Shown here piece by piece: positions 1 through 11,209 of a stretch of 64,000 bases of DNA. The stretch comes from Podarcis gaigeae (taxonomy: Eukaryota), in NCBI GenBank assembly GCA_964106915.2, contig OZ066926.1; one strand, 5' to 3'. Below the pieces are notes generated by a model. That model searched no databases, was not told the origin of the DNA, and worked only from the letters and a program-made list of their open reading frames with translations. A program made the position numbers and the translations under genes. How positions within the stretch are numbered: the stretch's first letter is position 1; each line of letters opens with the position of its first letter.

Positions 1-100
1 CAATTAACTTGTGGAACTCCCTGCCACAGGATGTGGTCATGCCCATAACGACTTTAAAAGTAGATTAGATAAATCCATGGATTGTTCCACAGCTATTAAA
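1..100 (+). mobile_element. CR1-type LINE 3' fragment
   Basis: WNSLPQDVV...FKSRLDKSM motif typical of CR1 ORF2 ends. Confidence 0.6.
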
Positions 101-224
101 CCTGCTGAAGCCCAAGGTTGCAGCCTAAAAGGATGGAGTCTCCATGTTCAAATGCACCTGAATCCAGCGGGAAGAGGGGCTGTTGCACTCATTTCCTGTT
201 TCCCAGAGCATCTGGTTTGCTACC

Positions 225-1317
225 TGTTCAATTGTCTGGTTATCCATCCTCCAGCTGTACTGTCTGTGTTTCCTTGCAAAAACCATAATTTTGGTTTTCT
301 GATAGTTTATTACCAGTTGCTCTCTCCTGCAGTATGCTGAAAATTCACCTATGAGCCTATTTAAGCCTATTCTTGTTCGAGATAGGAGTATCGCATCATC
401 AGCATACAAAAGTACTGATATTGATTTGTCAGCCAGTTTGGGGGCGTGGAAGTCCGGAGATGACAAACAATTAACCATATCATTGATGTAAAAGTTGAAT
501 AAAACTGGGGCCAAGATGCAACCTTGCTTGACCCCCTTGCAGACAGGAACTGGTCCTATAAGATGGCCATTTGACGAAGTTCTTACATGCAGCACCGTGT
601 CTTTATATAAACAGCTGATCAGAAATAATAGTCTTTTGTCTATACTTGATGTGCTCAATTTATCCCAGAGTCTTGCACGTGGAATTGAATCGAAAGCAGC
701 CTTTAGATCGATAAAGGCTGCATATAGCACCCCACGGGATTTTTTGGCATATTTGTCAATTAAATAGGCTAGGGTGAAGCAATGGTCTATGGTGGACCTG
801 CCTTGCCTGAAACCCGCTTGCTCTTCCGCTAGAATAGCTTCAGTTTCGAGCCAGCTAGTTAGCTTAATATAAAGATGTTTGGCATATAGTTTGCTGGGTA
901 TAGGCAGAAGACTGATTGGTCTATAACTCGCCGGGTCTGGCATAGGTCCTTTTTTATAGATTGGAATAACTATTGCCTCAGTCCAACCATCTGGGAGTAA
1001 ACCCGTTGAGTCGATCCAAGAAAATAAAGACGCCAGCAGGGGGGCCCACCAGCCAATGTTGGACTTCAGAAGTTCGGCAGGGATGTAGTCATTCCCTGGG
1101 GCCTTGTTGTTCTTTAATTGTGCGATTAAGTTCTCAACTTCCTTTACAGTTACTGGTGGCCAATGAGGTAGGTCCTCCAATTGAATACATAATTTGTAGT
1201 GTTGGGCTTCCTGGTCATAGAACAAAGATTGAAAATGGCGCAACCACTCCATTGGTTCCACTGTACAGATGGAATTAGTACGCTCCTGGTCCAGTAGACC
1301 AGATATGGTTCGCCAAA
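225..1317 (-). mobile_element. Internal non-LTR retrotransposon RT fragment (RTE/RTE-X-like) with 15-bp flanking direct repeats
   Basis: Uninterrupted frame with KAPGND, YRPISLL, QAGFR, FIDLKAAFDS, GVKQGCILAP, YADD; ATCTGGTTTGCTACC at 210-224 and 1318-1332. Confidence 0.92.
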
Positions 1318-1511
1318 ATCTGGTTTGCTACCATGGGGAGCAGAATGCTGTGGACGTTTTTATGGCCCAGCAGCCCTCTAGAATTGCAAATCTAAGGTGG
1401 CCTCTCTCCCAGCTCTTTGCTCTAATCCATTGGGATAATCTCCTTCACACAGGCAACCCAGGAGGCCCCTCACTCTCTTTTGGATCAGCTAGAGAATGCT
1501 TGTTTGCTCAC

Positions 1512-1904
1512 CATGAAGCCATCTTCCGTGCCTCCTCCCTCCTTGGCGCATTCTCTCTTGGGGATATAGGGCGGAGGTGCCCCCTGCTGGCCGTGGGGCA
1601 GTAGTGCTCCCTTGCGGCGGTTCTTGATCCGTTTGTGCATCTCCAGCTCCACTCGGAGGCCGTCGTCATGGTGTTTCTGCTCCCGGTGGAGTTTCAGCGC
1701 CAGGCTCTCAGCTACCCGCTGCTTCTCCCGCAGGGCCTGGGCCTCCTCCTCTAGGTCGGAGGGTGACAAGCGGGCACTGGAGAGCGGGACAGGTGGGGGC
1801 TTGGCCCTGGCCACCTGGTAAGGCTTGAGGCGCTCCAGCAGGGCTGGCTTGGTGCCAGAAACAGGGAGGCCCCGCTTCCGGAGCTGCTGGCGGAGTTCGG
1901 AGAC
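1512..1904 (-). CDS. MAMSTR: MAMSTR coding exon 10 (SAP domain + coiled coil)
   Basis: VSELRQQLRKRGLPVSGTKPALLERLKPYQ...ALREKQRVAESLALKLHREQ; ATG|GTGAGC donor. Confidence 0.93.
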
Positions 1905-3229
1905 CTGGGAATCAAAGCAGCGGCCAAAGGAAATTAAGGCTGGATCTACACTGGTTGCAAAAATGCTATAAAAAATAAGCAATAATAACTCTTAAGGCAA
2001 TTTGCAATTGACGACGGATGCCTGCTCTACAGCACCCTCTGGTGTCACATTTTTATAATGCATTTTTAACATTATAACTGGCCTGTGTAGGTTTGTCCTA
2101 CAAAAGGTAGTATAGAATATTAAACAAGACACCAGGAATGGTCAAGTATCAGGCATGTGGGATCTACTTTGCTTTTTATAGGACTCTTCTTCACCCCGCA
2201 AAGATCTGCCAACAGGAGCATGGTGCAAAAGACTGGCATTCAGCATTAAAGAATTCTGAGCCCGGGAATTTGTTTTGAATGCCAGAATGGAACAGAGCTC
2301 ACAGTCCTTCCATGCAGGCAACCCATTCCTGGTTTTCTTCCTCGCTTTCACTATTCATCAGTATAATTTAGAGTGCAGGCCTAGGGGTCAATCTGTTGCA
2401 GCTATTGATAAACAACTGACAAGTCAGGAAACCTTGCTGATCTATTGCAAATCACACAGCCTACTGACCACCCCTAAAATACACACATATTGTGTGTGTG
2501 TGTGTGTGTGTGTGTGTAGTATAGTTTTATTGTTACATGTTCCCCTCCCTGAGCAATAAAAAGATCCACGACAGCACACTACCCAGGCTCCGCTTGCTCT
2601 AGAGAATATTAACATGTGTTTATCAAGTAGGGGGATAAGTGAAGGCATGTGCAGCCTGCACACTTTTGCCAGGTGGCAGATCTACAAGTCCCACCACATT
2701 AGATCCCCGGAGAAAAGCACCCAAAGAAATACCTAGAGATGCTTCGAACCCTCAGTTAACTTAGATCTCTCTTCTCTCTTTCTGCCCCATTCTGTCTTCC
2801 TTTTGTTTGGAAGCAGGAAAGTCCAGGCCTTTAGGGAAAACGGGGCACTGCCCCACTGACCTTAGCCTGCAAAACTCAGCAAAGAGGAGCAGGAGGATGG
2901 GGGGGGGGGGCAAAACTTAGTTATCTCTGCCTGTCCTTGGCTCTGGCTCCACCTGCTCCTGGCCTCTCTGCCTGTGGCACCAGACGCCAATAGTTGGGAG
3001 AGAATGTGTCTCCCCTTCCAAGCTCGGATAGTTCCTGGGCCGCTTACCAAGAATCTGCCAGATGAAAGGAAAGGCTGGTCAGCAGCCTTCAAGGGGTGGT
3101 TATGAAGGCAGGTGAAGTTGCACATACTCTGCAGTCTCATCTTAGAAGATCAGGAATTACCAACGGGTATAATTCAAGGATGGAAGCTTCCCCAGAGTTC
3201 CCCAGAGTTCCCTCCCTTCATTTCACAAC

Positions 3230-3278
<49 letters not shown>

Positions 3279-6200
3279 ATATCTTTCCCCCGCTACCATT
3301 TTATTTCTTGGCTTTTGCTCGCTTTTGTTTTTTAAAGTTTTTTAAAGTTCTAAAGTCTAAAGTGGCTTCCTAACAATGAATAAATAAAGCAACCACCCCC
3401 AAATAAAACAGAATCGGCAGTAAGCAGTGGGAAAATACCATTGAAACAACAGCTCTAAAATCAAAGGCGACTTGGGGATAAAAAGAAAAATAAAGTCTTA
3501 GTCTGGTGATTAATTCTAATCACTAGTGCAGGGACCAGTCCATAATCGGGGCACCAGCACTGAAAAAGCGCTTGCCCCCTCCTCACCACTTCAGGAAGTT
3601 TTTAATGTTTGGCATTTTTTTATGTTTTTATATGTATTGGAAGATGCCCAGAGTAGGCAGGGTATGAATAACAAAGTTGTTGTTGTTGTTATCTTATCTC
3701 GGACGACAGGGGGCAATCAGAGAGAGAGTTTTGGATGCAGATCTTAACCCATGGGCAGGTGGTTCATGGGAAAGGAGGAGGCCTATCCTCCTTCTAGGTG
3801 GAGAGCCTCGGGCGCGGGTGCAAATAAAGCCCTCCTGTCTTCTCCATCTGGCCTTTGGCAGTTCCCTCTAGGCCACTCCCTTTGGCCCTGCTCTGCCCCT
3901 TCCCAACAAGAGCTTTTGCCTGGCTGGACTGTGTCCTTGCACTCTTGCTCACCTGGATGGAGGTGGGTCGGGGGTGAGATTATGTGAAGAGACCTCTGGC
4001 TTTTGTGTGTAGCCTGCTGAAGAAAGGAGCAACATCCTTTGCTCTGCCCGCCTGCTGCCTCGGCCCCACCCACCTTGCCCATGTGGCCTTCAGAAAGTTG
4101 CCCCCTTGTGCTGACGATTACATGCCCGTCCTCTAGATCGTCCCATCTAACCAGGTTCTTTGGAAGCCTGGCTCTCACTGCAACAGAACGGCTGAAGCGG
4201 TTATTTGCAACTGAACTTGATTTGCAGAAACCATCTCCAAGAGCGGAATTCCGTCCACGCGGAATCCAATGTGTGATGGCTGGGAGTCCTCCTGCCCCAA
4301 CTCACCGTTAGCTCCTCCAAGTTGGCAGGCAGCAGTTCCGGTTTGGGCGGCGAAGGGGAGGTTGGCGTGGCTGGAGAGGGGAGAGGGAGCGGGTGAGGCC
4401 CACTTGGTGGCGCAGGCGTCCCAGCGAAGCTCAGGACCTGCTCTGGAGCACTGCTGGGCAAAGGGAGAAAAGAGAGGCGTTGATGCTGGGTTTCCCCATC
4501 CCAATCTTCTCTCCGGCCTCGCTAGTGTGCTTTTGTCTAGGGACAGCTTTCCAGGAAGCAAAACGGCTTACCTGGCTGGGACAGCGTGCACGGCTCGGAC
4601 GCAGAAGGTGGCTGGCGACGTCGGCGTGGGCTGCTGCTGGCTCATGATCTGGAGCTGCAAGAAGACCTGCTGCTGCTGGAGGACGCGGGCGTAGGCCGCA
4701 TCCATGGGCACCGGCGCCTGCTCCCCCTTCTGGTCGGGTGGCATGTACTGGTGGTACTTGAGCTTCTTCACTTTGGGGCGCGGTTCCTTGGCCTTCTTGG
4801 GGCGTGGGGGCTTCCTGGCCTCAGGGACCTTGGATGGGGCCTGTGAAAGGCATCAAAGTGTGTGAAAGAGAGCAGGGACTCTCAAAAGACAGTGGTGCAT
4901 AGTGGTTAAAGCAGGGGGGCTTTCTAGAGCTAGGTAATACTGCTACCTTAGGCACCCCCGTTTCCTAAATTCTTAGGCCTTCAGAACATGGGTTAGCAGC
5001 AGAGGGAGAGACCAGGGGCCAGCCTCCAACTGTCCTCCCTGCCGCAAAAGAACATCTGACTCTGTCCTTATGCAGGAGCAAAGGTAGGGGGTGAAAACCA
5101 GCCACCTGTTTGTCTGTTTTTTTGCATTGGGTTATATAGATTCACTTCTTCATTAGCCTCCCAACTAAAGTAGGGATGTATAAAAGGCAGAAATATTCAA
5201 GAACCCTCAGAACAGGTTTTGTATGGCAGCAGTGCAAATGCCAATAAAACCATTTCAGTCAGTGAAAAGCAATAAGGCAGACTTAGCTGGGCACCTGAAT
5301 GGCAATGAAGACAGCAGCGGACATGTCCCCCCCCCCCCCCGAGGACAGCTGTGGGATGTCCTCCCCCAGATGCCTTGCGCTCCCCCAGAAATCTTTGCTC
5401 ACTTTTCCCTACGTGAAAAATCGGCGGGGTGAGGAGACAAAGTTTCCCAACAGCACTGTTCAAAATAGGCAGCTCTCTGGATTCGGCCTGCAATTCATCC
5501 TGCACCAATTCATACTTTTCTCTGATAAAAGACAGAGCAGTGGGCTTCTGCTTCCTCCCCAACCTCCCTGTTCCTGCTTCTGATTGTCTCTACCTTGAGG
5601 AGTGAAACGGAGGGCTTGGCAAGGGGGCTCCCCCCTTGGGGAGGGAACTCAGCCTCAGAGGTGGATGAGGACACAGGAGGCAGCTGTTGATCCAGGATCG
5701 GAGGGAGGTCCAGCTGCAGGGAGAAGAGGGAGAAAATGGAGGCCAAGTACCCTCCTAGCTCCCAACTCCTTCACCTCCTCTAAACTGGCAGCCCCCAAAC
5801 TTTCCTTTCCTATAAAGCCAAGCATCCTTCCCTTCTGAGAGTTAAGCTTTCAGCTTTCCCATCAGCTGGCATGCCCCAGTTTTCCCTCTTGTGTATAATT
5901 TCAGCTGAGAAGAAGAAGACCTGCAGCAGTGGGAACAGCGAGAGGCAATGCTTCTGGGTAGAAAGTGGGACAGGGCTATAAAGCCATCAAAATCGAGATG
6001 TGGAAAATATAGAAACAACAAGGAGAGGCAGGACTGAGATGTGGAGATATGCTTCAGAGATCCAGATCGTGGGCTGGTCCGAAAAATTAATGATTATAAT
6101 TTGGACTATAATTTGGTGCTTTTTATTTTAATTGGAGTATTATGATTGGAAATATTGATTGGATGTTTTTTATTGGAAAATCAATAAAAAATGATTAAAA

Positions 6201-9200
6201 AGAAAGTGGGACAGGGCTTTGAAGGAGGTGGTAGGGAGCTGGGGAGTCGACAGGGGCTGGTTTGCTATACAGTACCTGCCCACCACGTCCAGCCTTAAAA
6301 CCCTAGATTCTGTCCTGAAGCCTAGAATGGGAATTCTTTGGCATCTGCACAAAGACGTACGAAATAGAAATGACTCTTGGGGTGCAGGATTCTGTCCTTC
6401 CATGCCTGCCATGCCTGCCAGTTTAGGCCTCAGTGGGTCGCACATGTAAGGGTTTGTTGGAGTGGCAATCGAGGTAATGAAAGTGGCAGCTCTAACCTGA
6501 AACTCCCCACCACCACAAGAGCAGCAGGCTGGCAGCAGGCCTAGTTATGTTAACTTCTAAATAATTCTGCTGTGTATAATTTTGAGGGGGGGATATTATT
6601 GTGTCCTGCAAAAGGGGAAAAGAGGCCAACCCCTCACAATTCACCCATCATTGTGCCTGCAATATTCAAACATGCCCTGTAGAGGGCAGCACAACCACAT
6701 CATATACAGTGGTACCTCAATTTAAGAACAGTCCAGTTTAAGAACGATTTGGTTTACAAACTCCGCAAAACCGGAAATAATGTCTTGGTTTGCGAATTTT
6801 ACCTCGGTCTAAGAACGGAATCCGAACGGTGGAAGGGCACCAGCGGTGGGAGGCCTCATTAGGGAAAGCGCGCCTCGGTTTCAGTTTTGGTTTAAGAACA
6901 GGCTTCCGGAACGGATTAAGTTCGTAAACCGAGATACCACTATATACGGTATTTATTTCACTTACTTGCAAAGAGAGATATTATAAATTATTTAGATTGA
7001 TTGGTTGATTTTACAACTTTGCTTTTCCAATATTTACAACCCTTCATGTTTCAGAGTGTATGTACAGTGGTACCTCTACTTACAAACGCGATCTGTTTTG
7101 GGGTGCTGTTCGCACCCCGAAAAGTCTGTAAATAGAGCGCCACTACTGCGTGTGCGCGAAGCGCGATAGAGAAGCACGGCGAACCTGGAAGTAAACACTT
7201 CCAGGTTTGCCGCATTTGTAACCTGAAAAGTCGCAACGTGAAGCAAACGTAACACGAGGTATGACTGTGAAGGTAAAAGGTAAAGGGACCCCTGACCATT
7301 AGGTCCAGTCGTGGCCGACTCTGGGGTTGCGGCGCTCATCTCGCTTTATTGGCTGAGGGAGCCGGCGTACAGCTTCCGGGTCATGTAGCCAGCATGACTA
7401 AGCTGCTTCTGGCGAACCAGAGCAGTGCACGGAAACACCGTTTACCTTCCCGCTGGAGTGGTACCTATTTATCTACTTGCACTTTTGACGTGCTTTGACG
7501 TGCTAGGTGGGCAGGAGCAGGGGCCAAGAAACAGGAGCTCACCCCGTTGCAGGGATTCAAACCGCCACCTTCTGATCGGCAAGTCCTAGGCTCTGTGCCA
7601 CCCACGTCCCTGGTATGACTGTACTTGGACGTAAATTCATGAATGAAACTTGGACTTCAAGATTACTCCACTTCTTTTGTGAATTCACTAGGCCTTTTTG
7701 ACAACCCAGTTTGTCCAGTGTATTTCTGTGTGGACCTGGGCCATAAGCCACGGGAGGTGTGGGTATCAAGGGGTGTTTTTAACAAAAGTGTGGAGACCGC
7801 TCAATAAGGAGGCAAACCTTACACCTCAGGAGCCATTTCTGGCCAATCTGTTGTGCAAGCCATGCTACCACCTCACTTCACATGAAACTCCCAAAAGGGT
7901 GAGAGGTGGTGGTGGCTAGTAACTATTGGAGCTGACGAGGTGGTGATGAACAACTAATGGCCCCGTTTGCCCTGCACATTTAAAGCAGTACCTTGACACT
8001 TTAACAGTCATGGCTTCCCCCCCAAAATAACGGGAAATGCAGTCTGCCAAGGGTGCTGTGTGGAGGCGCCCTATTCCTTCACAGATGCTATTCCTGGGGA
8101 AATCCAGGAATCGCAGCTCCATGAGGGAATTGGGATTTCTAACAGCTCTCAGCACACTTAACCAACTACAGTTCCCAGAATTTTTGGGGAGAAGCCGTGA
8201 CTCTTTGCAGTAGCATGATATTGCTTTAAAAGTATAGTGCAGATGGGGCTGGAGTCAACTTATTCTGGTCCTCCCCCCTCCCTCCTCCCTTTCAAAGATG
8301 CAGTGCTCACTTAAGCAATTCTCAGACACGAGAATCAGATATTTAATACTGAGAGGGAAAGCTGGACACTTACAAAATATTACATTTCCAGGAGTATGCA
8401 CCAAGCGCCCTGTTCTTATCCCCTGTTCCCCTTTCATATTATGTCTCTTCAGCATGTACAGGTGAGTTCTACGCAGTTGCTTACCTGAAAGGCCGCCGTT
8501 GCGGTGGAAGGGTTCCCATGGGCACTTCCAGGAGACAGTGCAAAGCAGGGGGAAGAGGAGGAGGAGGAAGAAGAAGAACTACTGAGATCTTCCTCAAAGG
8601 TGAAGGAATCAGGAGCAGCGAGAGTTGCATCTGCAGACGTTTTGAGTGAGAGAAAGGAGGGAAGGCATTATTATAGCAGGGTAGAAGAAACAACTGTTGT
8701 TGTTTCTCACATAATTTTCACACCGTTGTTAGTTTTTCACATCGTGAAATCCAGGGATGACTTAGGGGCCTGTTCCATGTCATTTGCCCAAGTGCAAGGA
8801 TACCTAGTTGTGGCCCTAAAACATGTGGCCGGAGGAGGGGGGCGGGGCGGGTGGACGAGCAAACACACACACACACAAACAAACAAACAAACAAACAAAC
8901 AAACAAACAAACAAACAAACAAACAAACACACAATTGTCTTTGTCACCTTCAAACTTGTGGAAGGTGGCTATCTGCAGCAGGGAACCTGTTAACAGAGTC
9001 TCCCCATACATTTTAGAACCCTGGAAAATCAAGAGTTCTAGAAGGTGAGTCCCCATGTATACAAAAGGCTCCTTACTGCGGAAGCTCACGAGCTGGAAGG
9101 CATTTGAGAACTGTGACTGGGTAGAGCTTATTTGCTTATCCTTGCAGCCTGGCCCTCGCCCCCAGCCACACATGTTTAGCTGATGCATTGCCTGAGGAGG

Positions 9201-11164
9201 GAAGGAGGGTGATTTGATGGGTGCTAACAAAGCAGCAACTGGAACCCTGCTCTGCACACATTCCATCCAAGGAGCCGAGAAGTCCCAATTAGGCAGCCCT
9301 TTTGCAAACCTTTTGCAAAAAGCTCCCCCAATTTCCACCATGTTTCTTCTCATAACAACCTCCCGCTGTCAATATTCCCATTTTGCAGATGAAAATGAGG
9401 CAAAAGGCTGCGTGCCAAGCCTGAGACAGAGGCAGGATTCAAAGCCACTTTTCCAAATTCAGCTCCCTAACCCTCACCGGAATTCGCTCTATCCTGTTAC
9501 AATCCCTCCTGCTGGGATTGCGCCAGAGTCCAAGCGCTTTCCATTAGGACCTGCCCCTCCATAAACAGCCACTGGATCCCTCCCGTCTCCCAGGCAGGAT
9601 TCCCTGTTTCCACTCCATGAGACAGGAGGATTCCCTAGTAAGGAGAATGCCAAGTCAAGTCCTTACCCGCCATAGCATCCTTGATACCTGGATCCAGGGA
9701 GAGGATGTTTTTCTTCACCAACTCAAGTGGTCCAGGGCGGTGTAGGATCTTCTCACTCAGGTCTTCGGCCAGGCGAGCCTTCTTGTCCTGCAGCTCAGAA
9801 GGGTCCCCCGGAGACACTGCAGTGAGAAGAGCAACTATCAGAAGAGCAGGCTTGTGGGATCAGGCAAGAGGACCCTGCAGTCCAGAATCCTACCTCCCAA
9901 CAGGAGCCAGCCAGATATTCCTGGGGCAAACTCTGCAAACAACGTTTGAGGGATGTAGTCATCCCCTGGGGTGACCTGGAAATCCAGTTGGAAATCCAAG
10001 GTCCATTTGCCTTATTTCCACATCAATTTGTGATTTATTTATTTTTAAAAGAAGTCTGCAGAAAAAATAATATGCATATTTCTCCTAATGTGTGCATTTT
10101 TAAATGCTACTTTGCCTAATATTTTGCAAACAATTTTCCCTAATGTAATTTCTGTACATTCTTTTTGCTAATTTGTGTGTTTTTGCACACACTTTCCTCC
10201 TAATGACATGCATTTTATCTGCTCCTTTTGGTTTGCGATCTGCACCGCAAAATTCAGAGAAGCGCTGTAAGTCCTGGAAGGCCTGCTTCTTGCCCTGCTC
10301 CTTGCCCTTGGCTTTCCCACCAGGCCTGGGAGGGCAGGGCCGGGACGGACTCCAGCTACGAAAGTTGAGGCTGCAGAACAGATTCTTGAGCTGCAGTATT
10401 ACTTAGGGGTTGTTCTTGCTGTTGTTTATACTAATTTTTTGTATCTTTATTTTAGACCTGATTATCATTCATGTGGCAATTGTTTTGTGTATTTGTCTAT
10501 TTTTTGATGTCTTACTTATTGTTTATGACTATTTTTGTTGTAATTATGTGTTTTTTTTCATGTTGTGAGCATGGTTTGATTTGTGGGAAGGTGGCATACA
10601 AATGAAATGATGTGTGTATGTATGTATGTATGCATGTATGAATTTCAAACAATCGCTGCATTTGGGTGAATTAGGCAGGCTCACATTAAAATATAAGCCA
10701 AACCAAATGCCTTCTAGGCAGAAGTTGCTCCTTACCTTCTGACAGCTGGCCCTTAGCAGTGCTGGTCTTGTGGGGCCGGGGTGAGACTTTCAGCTTGGCA
10801 ATCTCATTGGCCTGAGGAGAAAGAAGCAGAGGAAATTTTAGCATCCTTAGTCAGGTGCTCAGGTAGAAGAGCTAGGAGGGATCTTTTGCTCACTTAGGCT
10901 CTGAAGAACCACCGCCAGTCAGAGTTATGCCTTCCAACTTTTTTCATACCCAGGAAGACCCTACTTGAATTGCAACCCTGCAATGTGGAATCCACATTTA
11001 ATTTTTCAGTTATGCACGCCCATGGCCAATGCATAGAAGAGGGAATTTTGGTAGCTGCAGCTTGCGGGACTAAGATAACAAAAATCTGCACCACCATACC
11101 CTACAAAATGTCATATATTTTTTTATAAGAGTCCAAAATGCCTGCCTTCCATTGCTTCTGCGCG

Positions 11165-11209
<45 letters not shown>

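Noticed and set aside
125-1261. 378-aa RT ORF as a domesticated gene or standalone retron-like system
   Set aside because: It is an intronic LINE fragment truncated at both ends; the last ~30 residues are read-through into flanking repeat DNA
8504-9353. 170-aa and 211-aa ORFs
   Set aside because: Kept open by microsatellites and by the antisense strand of a real exon
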